From contig CAZEDA010000001.1 in the NCBI GenBank assembly GCA_964510915.1, forward strand, positions 4,947 to 68,946: a DNA stretch of 64,000 nt. The letters are read 5' to 3'. Made by a program: the position numbers and the translations under genes. This document shows, in pieces, positions 49,041-61,100 of the stretch; position 1 is the first letter of the stretch; every line of letters starts with the position of its first letter. The notes under the pieces were generated by a model. It saw nothing but the letters and a program-made list of their open reading frames with translations, ran no database searches and had not been told where the DNA came from. This DNA is from an uncultured Rhodocyclaceae bacterium. Lineage in GTDB: Bacteria; Pseudomonadota; Gammaproteobacteria; Burkholderiales; Ga0077523.

Positions 49041-49170
49041 GTCCCTGCGCTCGTTTCGTGTCGAGGCGTCCGACCGGCGCCTCGCGCTGACGTGCTCGCG
49101 CGCCGCGTCCCGAGGAGTCACAGCAATCTGAAGGCGTAGTCCGTTTCGACTCTATTGCCTGGAGGTCGTG

Positions 49171-52100
49171 ATGGCAGCAATCCGCATCCGCTCGATGTAC
49201 CGTCGCCGCATCAGCGGCCTGATGAACGCGCTGCTCGATCGCTTCTGGGATGGCTGGGACGGCCCCACCCGCGTGCGGCCTGGAGCCTTGCCTGGCAGGG
49301 CGCACTTCGAACCGCTCGAACCCAAGGTACTGCTGAGCGCCGACCTGCTTCCCGGGACGCCCCTCAGTTTCACGGACGCGGACGGCACACTCGTCACCGT
49401 GACCCTTTCAGGCAGCGGCTCGGGCGTTCTGGACGACACGGGCGGCAACGCGAGCCTCACTCTCCAGGGCAACGACCTGACGACCCGCGTCGTGATCGGC
49501 GCACAAGGCGGGGACGGACGGTTCCAGCTTTCGGGCCTGTCCGCCTCCGGACGCAATCTCGGCGCGATCGTCGCGCCCAACGCTGACCTCACCGGCGTCA
49601 TCCGGCTGGACGGACATCTCGGTGAACTGTCCCTTCGCGCCGCGCAGGGTGCGTCCACGGTGCATGCCGCGTCGGTGGGAACCTTGTCCGTCGCCGCAGA
49701 TTTCACGGCGGGCTTCGAACTGACCGGCCCCGATGCGGGACTCGCACTGACGCGCGCCACGATCGGCGGGGTGCTTTCCGGCGCATGGAACGTTCAGGGG
49801 CGTTCCGGGAGCCTCAAGGCCGGGGAGGTCGATGCCGCGTGGACTGGCGCGTTCGGCGACCCGCTGACGTCTCTCACGACCGTCGGAGATTTCCACGGGA
49901 CGGCCTATCTGCCGTCGCTGCTGCAGCTGACCGTCGGCGGCGCCCTGTCCGGCGCGACTCTGGTGGTGGGCGCCGATCTCGGGTCGGATGGTGCGCTCGG
50001 CGGCGCGGGAACGCGCGCCGACAGCTTCTCCACCGGCAATCTCTCGCGCGTCCGCGTCAATGGTGCCGTGGTTGACTCGACGATCCGGGTGGGCGTGGAC
50101 CCGGTGAATGGCGTGTTCGACGACGGCAATGACGCTGTGCTGCCCGGTGGGCGCATCCAGGAATTCCTCGTCGGGGGCGCGCTGACCGGCAGCAGCATCA
50201 TCGCCGCGACCCTGCCTCAGCAGGTTCGTGTTCAGGGCAGTCTCGTCTCGACCGCCACGCTCTCGGCCTTCCGAACCGCCGCACTCGACAAGGCGGCGCC
50301 ATCGCTCGTAGCGTCTCTCGCCAGCGATACGGGGGCCTCTTCGACAGACCGGCTCACCGCGGATCCGACCGTATCCGGGCGCGTCACCGATCTCGGTGCT
50401 GTGACTGGTCTGACTCTGTCGTTCCAGGGCCGCGACGTGGACGTGAGCCAGGCCCTCAATACGGACGGCACTTTTCTGCTGACTCGCGGCGCCATCGAAG
50501 CCGCGCTCGGCACGACGCTGACCGACGGCGCTATCGCGCTCGGATTGCGCGCGCGGGACGCGGGGGGCAATTTCTCGAATGCGGTGACGGTCGCTTTCGA
50601 ACTGGACACGGCAGCGCCCGACCTGCTTTCGTTCGGCGTTGTCAGCGCAGATGCGGTCGGCGGCGACAGTGCAAAGGCAGCGGCGGCAACCGTGGTGCTG
50701 CGCGGCGAGGGCACCGCCGGTGCGACCGTGTCGTACGCGGGGCAGAACGTCCTGGTGGGATCCGGCGGTGTGTTCGCGCTGCCCGGCGTCGGACTCGTGC
50801 TGGGCGACAACGCCATCACCCTGACGATCCGGGACCTCGCCGGCAACACGGACAGCCTCACCCGCACGATCACGCGAGTCGCCCGTACGCAGGCAGATCC
50901 GATTCTGGTGTGGAACGACATTGCGCTGCGTGCGGTTCAACTCGATGTGTCGGACCCTCCCGTCGCGACTCGTGCGTTGGCGATGGTCAGCCTTGCCCAG
51001 TACGACGCGCTTGCCGCCATCGAAGGGACGGCGGCGTACCTCGTCCAGCGGACCGTGTCCGGGCCGGTCTCCGCGGCGGCTGCGACGGCGGCTGCGGCGC
51101 ATCGCGTGCTCTCCCGGATCTATCCGGCGCAGCAGGCTGTGTTCGACGACGCCCTTTCGAACGATCTCGCGGCGATCGACGACGGTGCCGCGAAGGACAG
51201 CGGGATCGCCCTCGGCCTCGCCATCGCCGATGCGATCCTTGCCCTGCGGGCGAACGACGGATCGGAAGACTTCGTCTCGTATGACGGCAGTACGGAACTC
51301 GGCAAGTGGCGGCCGACCGGCCCCGCCTTCGATGTCGCCGACGTGCCGCACTGGGCGAGCGTCGAGCCCTTCGCGCTGTCATCTCCCGGCCAATTCCGTC
51401 CGGTGGCGCCGCCAGCGCTGGATTCCGCGGCCTACGCTGCGGCGGTGGAAGAGGTCAAGCGTCTCGGAAGCGCGACCAGCACCCAGAGAACGGCGGATCA
51501 GACCCAGATCGCGCTCTTCTGGGCGGACGGCAAGGGCAGCTTCACCCCGCCCGGACACTGGAATCAGATTGCGAGCGAGGTTGCCCGCTCCCGGGGAAGC
51601 AGCCTGACCGACAACGCCCGGCTCTTCGCGCAACTCAACGTGGCACTGGCCGACACCGCCATCGCCTGCTGGGACGCCAAGTACACGTACGGGCTGTGGC
51701 GGCCCGAGACGGCGATTCAGAACGCCGATCTGGATGGCAATGCGGGTACGACCGTCGATGCGGCGTGGCGGCCTCTGCTGCTCACGCCGCCCCATCCCGA
51801 GTACGTGTCCGGGCATTCGAGTTTCAGTCGTGCCGCGGCGACCGTCCTCGCGTCCCACTTCGGAGACGACACGACGTTCTCCACGACCAGTGCCACGCTG
51901 CCCGGCGTCACGAGGACCTTCTCGAGCTTTACCGAGGCGGCCGGCGAAGCCGGTCGCAGCCGCATCTATGGCGGCATCCATTACGAGTTCACGAACCAGG
52001 CGGGTCAGGTGCTCGGCGCGCAGGTCGCCAATGCCGTGCTCGCGCGCTTCGCGCTGTCTGGCGATTCCCAGGCGCCTGCCATTCCGCTGGGCGATACGCC

Positions 52101-55100
52101 CGCGGTGACGAACACCAACGTCACGCTGCGCGGCCAGGTGCTCGACAACCTGTCCGGCGTGGCGTCTGCGGAGTTCCGGATCGATGGAGGAGCCCTTCAG
52201 ACGCTGTCGCTCGACGCGAACGGCGGCTTCACGATCACCACGGCGCTGCCGACCGATGGCAGTGCCGACGGCGCACACACGATCACCATCGTTGCGCGTG
52301 ACGCCGCCGGAAATGCGAATGCCGGCGTGACGCGCGGATTCACGCTCGATACCAGAGCGCCGACGATCACGCTGCCGAGCCTTCCGGACGGTGCGGCATT
52401 GGGCGCAACGAGCCGGCTGACCGGCACGGCCGACCCCACGGGCACCACGCTGACGCAGCTCAGCTACCGCATCGACGGCGGCGTGAGCCGCACGCTTGCC
52501 TTCGATGCGGCCACGGGAGCATTCGACGAATCCTTACCCTTCGGCAACCTCGACGTGGGCGACCACACGCTGGTACTCACCGCACGCGACGCCGGCGGCA
52601 ACCTCGCCACACTCACCCGTACCGTCAAGGTCGAAGCGCTCGCGCCGCTGACGGTCACCAGTCTGACGCCGACCGAAGGCTCCGGCGATGTCGGCGTCAC
52701 GGTCCGCCCGCAGGTGCGCTTCTCGCGTGCGGTGAATCTGTCGACGCTGACCGCCGACTCGTTCTTCGCCACCGGGCCTGACGGCAGCAAGCTTGATGCT
52801 ACGGTCGTGCCGGCTAGCGACGGCACCTACGCGTGGCTGTTCTTCACGAACCCGATGCCCGGTGGCTCTCGGGTCACGCTGCATGTCGACGGTTCGAAGA
52901 TTCGCGGCGCGGCGGACGGCACCTTCCTGGATGCCGACGGCAATGGCACCGCGGGCGGCACCTTGACCCAGAGCTTCACGACCGTGAGCCGCACTGCAGT
53001 GGCAGGGACGAAGCTGGTAGGGAAGGTCGTCGATCCCGGGGCGGACCTCGAGCCCATGACCTTCGACGACATCCGCCGCGGCCCGGATGGCGTGATCCAT
53101 ACCGCCGATGACGTGTTCCTGCTGCCCATCGCGCACGCGAAGGTGTTCATCCTCGGACAGGAAGACCGGTTCGTCTTCACCGACGCCGCGGGAAACTTCG
53201 AACTGACCGACGTCCCCGCCGGCACGGTGAAGGTCGCGATCGACGGCCGCACGGCGACGAACGCGCCGTCGGGCGTGTTCTTCCCCGAAATGGTGATGGA
53301 CGTCGAACTGCGCCCGGGTGTCGTGAATACCGTCATGAGCGGCATGGGGTCGGACGCCGAGCGTGCGGCCAATCTCGATCGTCGCGAGGTGTACCTGCCA
53401 CGCATCCCGACGAGTTCGCTTCAGGAAGTGAGTGATACCGCGACGACGGTGATCACGGTGAGCGATGCGAAATCCGCACCTCAGCTGAGCGAGCAGGAAA
53501 GGGCCGCGCTCACGCTCACTGTCCAGCCGGGCAGCGCGATCGGTGAGAACGGCAAGGCGCTCGACAACGTGCAGATCGGGATCAGCACCGTACCGCCGGA
53601 ACTCGTCCGCGACATGCTGCCTCCGGGTGTGCTGCAGCACACGTTCGACATCACGATCCAGGCGCCGGGGGTGGCCACGTTCGCGGAGCCGCTGCAGATC
53701 ACTTTCCCCAACGTCTTCAACGCAGCGCCGGGCACGAAGCTGAACATCCTGAGTTTCGATCACACGACCGGCCGGCTCGTGATCAACGGGACGGGCACGG
53801 TATCGGCGGACGGCCTGACCGTGGTGTCCGACCCCGACTCCGGCATTCGGGCGCCGGGATGGCATTCGATGACCCCTCCGGGGTCGCCCGGAGGCGGAAC
53901 GCCTCCGCCCCCGATTCCCTGCGATCCGCCCGGCGGACCGATTCAGCCGACCGAAAGCTTCCTGACTCTCGGCATGATCACCGGCGGCGAAACGGCCTCG
54001 ACGCTGCTGGATCTCGCCGCGAACCTTCCTTCGCCGGGACCGGGAGAGCAGGTCAACGTCGACATCAAGCTGGATGGCGTCGCGGCCAAGTTCCTCAAGA
54101 TCAACGGATCGACGTCTTTCGCCAGAAACGGCTCGACGCCTTCAGGCACGATCGTGAGCGAGCTGAAGACCCGCGCCTACAGCGAGTTGCCCGGCGGTCT
54201 CAACTCGTTCAACGAGCCCACCGTCTTCGGTGGCGTCGTGACTGTGACGGTCACGCGGTCGGCGGCCGACCCGTCCCATTCCGATTGCCCGGTCAAGAGT
54301 GCCGTCGAGGTCCGGAAGTACATCGTCTATCGCTACATAGACTCGCGCAGTGGCGAGACACCCACGGTGTACGAGTTCAACGATGCCCTGGTGAATACGA
54401 ACCCGAAAGCCGAGCCGTTCAAGCAGGCGTTCAAGTTCGAATTCAGCACGGAAGCCGAAGGCACCGTGACTCTCGCCAGCGAGTCCGGGGCGGCGGGCCC
54501 GAAGCCCTTCACGCTGGCCCGGTCGGGTGGTTCGGCCACGGTCACTTTCAGTCCTCCCGCGGTCCAGTCGTTCGGTGACGAGATCCGCATCCAGCCCCAG
54601 AAGGACCCGACGAGAGTCGTCGCCGGTCCTTCCCTGAACGGCAAGGGAACGGAAGCCCAGGTCATCAGCCTGAACCGGGCGGAGCTGATCGCCGAGCTGA
54701 CCCAGGCCGTCGAGTCCGACATGCCCTTCTACTGGTTGTCGGGGCTGCTGACCAGTCAGCTCACGACCGACGGCGTCGCGGACCCGGACAAGATCGGTCA
54801 GCTCGCCGATCTGGCGATCGGTTATGCCGTTTCCTACTTCAATCCCGTCGGCAGCGCCGTGAAGTTCAGTCTCGGGAACGCGGGGGGTCTCGTCATGGAC
54901 TATTCGCCAGGGGTCGATCCCGGGGCGTCACTCCTGCTCGGGACCGTGGGGATCGTCTACGGAAAGGCGGTCGAGGGGATCGACAACGTCGACGCGGCCT
55001 ATGGCGTGCTGAAACAGCAGGGCACCAGGAGCAGCGACTGGATGCGCTACCACTTCGTGGAGGCATTCAACACGACTCGCGAAAATCGGGTGGAGGTCTA

Positions 55101-58100
55101 CGTCAGGAATCTGTTCGCGGTGCCGCTGGTAGAGCAGACCGTGACCTTGAACGGGTTCGCGAACAAGATCGGATACGTGATCGCGCACGAGGCCGGTCAC
55201 GCCCTGGGCCTGCATCACGCATTCAGCCAGTCAGGCGCCATCGACTCGTCGGACGTGATGAGCTACGAGGATCCCGCCGGCCTGGCGTTCCGTGCGTCCC
55301 TGCCGAGCCTGGAGCTCGGTCTGGATCTGGCGCCGGCCGCGCGCCTCCAGGGTGCGTCGAACTACCTCGTCCAGTGGATCAACGGCGGCCCGGCGGCCAT
55401 CGGCGGTGGAAGCGGCCGCGATCCGGACACGGATCTGCCGCTCATCGGCCCCTTCGCTCCGATCCTCGCGATCGGCACGCCCGACAACATCGTGCTTTCG
55501 GATGTCGATCTCGGCGTGCTGACGGTCGGTAGCGCGACGCCGACGAAACTGTTCGTCAGAAACCTCGGGAGCGATCCCCTCACGGTCCGTTCTCTGGTCG
55601 TCGCCGGAGAGACCGTCGGCGGCACGTTGTCCGCGGATCCGATTGCGCCGGGTGACACTCGCGAGCTGTCCGTCGACCTCACGAGCCTGGCGCCCGGGCG
55701 CTACAACGACGCCATCCGCATCGAATACGGCAACGGAAGCACTCAGACCATCGCCTTCCGGTTTTCCGTCCAGTCGGCTGCACCTGCGGCCGTCACGGCA
55801 CTGAGCAACAACCTGGGTGCGACGAGTCTGGGTTCGTCGAGTGAGGGCGCGGTCGTGTCGGTGACGAACGAAGGCGCGCAGACGCTGACGATCACCTCCG
55901 CAGCTTTGCTCTCCGGGGAGGAATCTTTCAGGATCGTCGACTTCACGCCCCAGTCGCTCGGCTACGGCGAATCCGGCGAGATCAAGGTCCGCTTCGCGCC
56001 GACGACATTCGGCCTGACGCGCGGGCTGATCGAACTGACCACGAACGATCCCGCCCGTCCGAAGATCGTCCTGTCGGTGGTCGGCACGGGGGTGAGCGAC
56101 GAACGACAGTACCAATGGGGTGGCGATGCCATCGCCGTGACCACCGGAACAGGGGACGGTGCCAACACGCTGCGGACGATGAGCGATGCTGCGGGTCGTT
56201 TCGAAATCTTCCTCTCCGCCTCGACGGCGTACGAGGTGGGTGTCTTCGATTTCGAGTCGCAGTTGCTGGCGGTCGGCGGCGGCGTGACGGCTCCCCCCGG
56301 TTCGCCGACCAATCTCACCGCGGGCCTCGCCTTCGGCGCCAGCACGGCCGTCGACTCCGATTTCGACGGCCTTCCGGATGACATCGAACAGACGATCGGC
56401 ACGAACGCGGGTCGGAAGGATACCGACAACGACGGCATCGACGACTTCATCGAAGTGAAACAGGGGCTCGATCCGTCCGGCGGACGCAACGTACCGGTGG
56501 GCATCGTGGCTGCCACGCCACTGGCCGGCTCCGCAGAGGCAGTGGATGTCGTTGCGTCTGCGGCAGGCGGACCTGCTGTCGCTGCGGTTGTCGCGACCGG
56601 GAACGGCGGACTCGCCATCGTGGACGTTTCCGCGTTCGACAGTCCCGCGCTGCTGTCCCAGATCGATCTCGCGGGATTCAATGTGGGTGTCGCCATGGAC
56701 GCGACGCGTGGCGTCGCGGCCGTTGCCGGGAGCGGTGCCGGACTGCATCTGGTCAATGTCTCGAATCTGGCTTCGCCGGCCCTGATCCAGACGGTGGACC
56801 TCGGCGCTTCCGTTACTGCCGTGGCTCTGGGGGACGGCATTGCCTACGCGGCGTCCGGGCGCCGCGTCGTCGGTGTCGACTTGAACACCGGCGAGACGAG
56901 GTCGAGTGTCGACTTCGGTCTTGTGGGCGGCGCGGCTCTGGTGAGTCTCGTACGCGACGGCAATACGCTCTTCACGCTGGATGCGGATAACACGCTGCGC
57001 GCGATCGACATCGCGGGGGACGTTCTCACGCCGCGAGGTTCGATCGCCCTCGCGGTGGGTGGCGGAAAGCTCTTTGTGGGAGGCGGGACTGCCTACGTCG
57101 GTCGGGAAGACAGGTTCAATGGCGGCTTTTCGACAGTCGACGTTCGTGACCTGGGGAATCTTCGACTCCTGAGCGGTCCGGACGCCAACAACGTCGCCGG
57201 CGATGCCATCGTGGCGAACGGTTCGGGGCTTGCCGTCACGGTCGGGCAGATCGGGGGCGCCTTTGGCGCAAACGCGCTGGATGTTCTGAACGTCGCCGAT
57301 CCGACGAACACGGGTGTGGTGGTGACCCGGGTGAACCTGCCGGCAGCGCCGCGCGGCGTGGCCCTGGCCAATGGAATGGCCTTCGTTGCCGCGGGCGAGG
57401 CCGGTCTCCAGATCGTCAACTTCATCGGCTTCGATACGCAGGGAACCGAACCGGCTGTCTCGATTCAGGCCGACGCGATCGATGTCGATGCCGCTGCTGC
57501 GGGGACCCAGGTACTCGAAGGGCGTTCGGTTCGCGTGGTACCGACCGTCACCGACGACGTCCAGGTCCGGAACATCGAGCTGCTCGTCAACGGCGTCGTC
57601 GTGGCGACAGACGTCGCCTTTCCGTGGGAACTGTTCGCGCAGGTGCCCACCGTCGCGGCGGGTGGCAGCACGATGACGATCCAGGTCCGGGCCACGGACA
57701 CCGGTGGCAACGTCGGGCTGTCGAACATCGTCACGCTGGACGTGACGCCCGACACCTTCCCGCCGAAGGTGACCTCGGCGAGTGTTGCGGACGGTGAACG
57801 ACTCTTCTTCGTCCGCAGCATCGACATCGCGTTCGACGAGCCGATCGACACGGCCCTGCTGGCGGTCGGCGGCATGCATCTTGTCCGGGCCGGGGCCGAC
57901 GGGGCGTTCGACACTGCGGATGATGTGCCGCAGACCGTGCGTTTCGACACGCGCAGTTTCGGGCAGTCTCTCAGTGTGCTCGTCGACGATGTCCTGGCAC
58001 CGGGCGCGTACCGTCTCACGATCGATGCGGACATCGTCGCCGACATTGCCGGCAACACCATTGCCGCGCCGATCGTGCGCACCTTCAGCGTCAGACCGGC

Positions 58101-61100
58101 CAGTGACGTGAGGGCGGTGTCGGGCGCACCGGAGATCCCGACCGCGCCTGCCGCGAATCCCGGGCAGCAGATCGCCGTTGCCGTGCCGTTCGATCCGGCC
58201 ACCGCTCGCGCGCAGTTCAGTGTGATCGACGTCGCCGGGAACAGGACCACGCGGGTCGTTACGCCCGCACGTGCGGACCCGATTGCAGGCGTTGCCTATT
58301 TCACTGTTCCCCTGGACGCCGTGACCGGCGAGACCGTCGTGTTCTCGCTGGTCGGCGGCGTGAGGACGGACTTTCCGGATGGAACGTTTCCCCTCCAGAT
58401 CCTTCCCGTGATCACCGACGTGCAGGTGCAGAGCGTGTCGAGCGATGCGACGACGGCGACGGTACTGATCAGCGGGCTGGGGTTCGTGGAAGGCGGCGTC
58501 AGCGAGTACCGCTTCGGCACGACGATCGTTCCGGATCCCGGTGTGTCCGCCGGTCCGGATGTGCAGAGCCGGTTCGATGCTGTGCTGGGATTCGTGCCCA
58601 ACGCAGCGGTGAGCGTGGTGGTGCCCTTGATCGGTGGATCGTTCGGATCGATCAGCGTGAAGACGGGAGGGGGTACGAGCGCGCAGTACAGCGTGAGCGT
58701 GGATGCGATCGAGGCTGTGGCGCTGAGCGGAACGCCAGCCGATGCGGGGCAGGCCTCGGCGAACGCGGGGCAGGCGGTGGAGCTCAGGGGCAGTGGTCTG
58801 AGCGTGGGCACGGACGTGCTGCTGAGGTGGGTGGACAACAGTGGGGTGCAGCAGGTCACGGTGCTGAGTCCGGTGGCGGCGTCTGCGGACGGGACGAGAG
58901 CGACGCTGGTGTTGCCGTTGTACGCGAACGGGGCGTTCGGGCTGCAGGTGTTCGGTTCGGGGAGCCAGCCGATGCTGCAGGTGGTGCCGAAGCTGACGGG
59001 TGTCGAAGCCGATGGAAGGACGTTGCTGCTGGGCTCTGGGTTCGTGGAGGGGGCGACGGTGTACGGGTTTCCTGGCACGGCGGTGGCTGACACGGCCGGT
59101 GACGGGGGTGAAGTGGATGTGGGCTTCACGAGGGACTTCAGCGCGCAGAACGGAAGCGCGAGCCTGGGCGCGACGGCGTTGCCGAGGTACGGGTACGGGA
59201 GCGTGACGGTGAGCACGGCGGGCGGGACGAGCGCGGCGCTGGGGCTGGAGGCGCTGCGCACGAGCGTGACCGGGGTGTCGCTGGGGGATGTGGCGGCGGA
59301 TGCGCAGGGCCAGCTGTGGGTGAGCGACCAGGCCAATCCGGGGCATCTGCTGAAGGTCGATGCGGGCACTGGGCAGACGCTGCAGACGATCACGATGAGC
59401 GCGGCGTACGGGACGCAGTTCACGCAGAGCTACACGGGGCTGCAGGTGCTCAGAGGGACGATGAGGCTGGGGAGCACGGATGTGGGGCCGGGGAATCTGC
59501 TGGTGTTCAACGGCGCTCCGAACACGGACCGGGTGGTGGCGGTCAATCAGATAAGCGGGGTGGTGCTGGCGTCGCTGGCGCTGGCGCAGAACTACGATCT
59601 GACGGGAGCGGCGTACGACGAGGTGGGCAACCGGATCTACGTGGCGGCGGAGAGGGGCAACGCGATCGTGGTGGTGAACGCGCAGACGGGAGCGGAGGTG
59701 GAGCGGATCGCGGCGCCGTTCAGTGTGGCGGGCAACAGCGGGCTGGCGATCGATGCGGGGGCGAGGCGGCTGTGGGTGGGGTCGACCAGCGGGGGTGCGC
59801 AGCTGGTGGAGTACGCGATCGGAGCGGGAGGTGGGCTGACGGAGTTGAGGCGCATCGACACGAGGCCGCAGGGAGTGGACAGCGGTGAGATCACGGGGTT
59901 GAGTGTGGGGCCCGACGGGCGGCTGTATGTGGCCACCACGCAGGGCGTGGTCCACAGGATCGACACGACGCTGGACGCCAGCGCGGTGAAGCCGGCGACG
60001 CTCACGGGTGTGATCGGCACGGCCGGTGGCGGCGTGGCGGCCGATGCGACGAAGGCCTCGGCGAACGTCGGTGAGGTGATCGAGCTGACGGGGAGCAACT
60101 TCGGCGCCGGGACGCGGGTGCTGTTCGAGACGCGGGATGCCTCGGGGAGCACGGGGCTGTTCTCGGCCGCGCCGCTGGCGATCGATGAGTCGGGGACACG
60201 TCTGCAGGTGCGGGTGCCCGATCAGGCGACGACGGGGCTGGTGCGCGTGGTCAACCAGAGCACGGGCAACCTGGGGTTCAGTGGGTCGGAAGACGCGATC
60301 TACCGCGATGTCACGGTGAGCTTCACGGCGGGTGCGGATACGGCGACGGTGCGATTCGCGGACGGCGGCCTGCAGGGGCTGTTCGACGAGAGCTGGGGGA
60401 TCGATAACGTCGAGGTGCGGCAGGGCGCGACGCTCGTGTTTGCCGATGACTTCGAGTCGGGCAGCGCAGCGGCGGGGTGGGGCAGCCGCGTGGTCAACGC
60501 CGAGGAGCGTGCGGCCTTCAGCCGGTTCTCGGGGCGGTTCAGCAGCACGAGCCAGGCGCTGAGCCTGAGCGGTCTGACGGCGGGGCAGACGTACACGCTG
60601 AAGTTCGATCTGTACGTGCTCGATTCGTGGGACGGCAGCGCGCCGAGCGTGGGTCCGGATCAGTTCGAGGTGAGCGTGGACGGTGCGGTGCTGCTGCGCG
60701 AGAGCTTCGCGAACCGGACGGGCACGGCGAGTGCGCAGAGCTTCGGGGCGAGCGCGGGAGTGGCGCTGCAGATCGTGCCGACGCTGACGGCGATGAGCGG
60801 ACGTCCGGGAGGCGACGGCACGTTCACGCTGAGCGGCTCGGGGTTCATGGAAGGGGCGAGCACGGTGAGCGTGGGCGGCATGGCGTTCGTGGACACGGCA
60901 GCCAACGCGGGCCAGTTCCTGGACGTGAGCGGTACGCGCAACGACACGCTGAGCCTGGTGGCGCCGCGCACGCTGGACGGCCCGATCCGGGTGACGACGG
61001 CCGGCGGGTATGCGGAGCTGGCCGGACCGGTGTTCGCGCCGCAGCCGCCGTCGCTGTTCACGGGGATCGTGGCGAGCGCCGCGGCCGGGGTGGCGGCGGA

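Noticed and set aside
49408-53865. Minus-strand ORFs 49408..51351 (647 aa) and 52534..53865 (443 aa), plus several plus-strand ORFs in the other two frames
   Set aside because: All overlap the giant plus-strand ORF that starts at 49171. Their products are Arg/Gly/Asp-rich and unstructured, whereas the giant-ORF frame gives PAP2 motifs and Ig-like modules.
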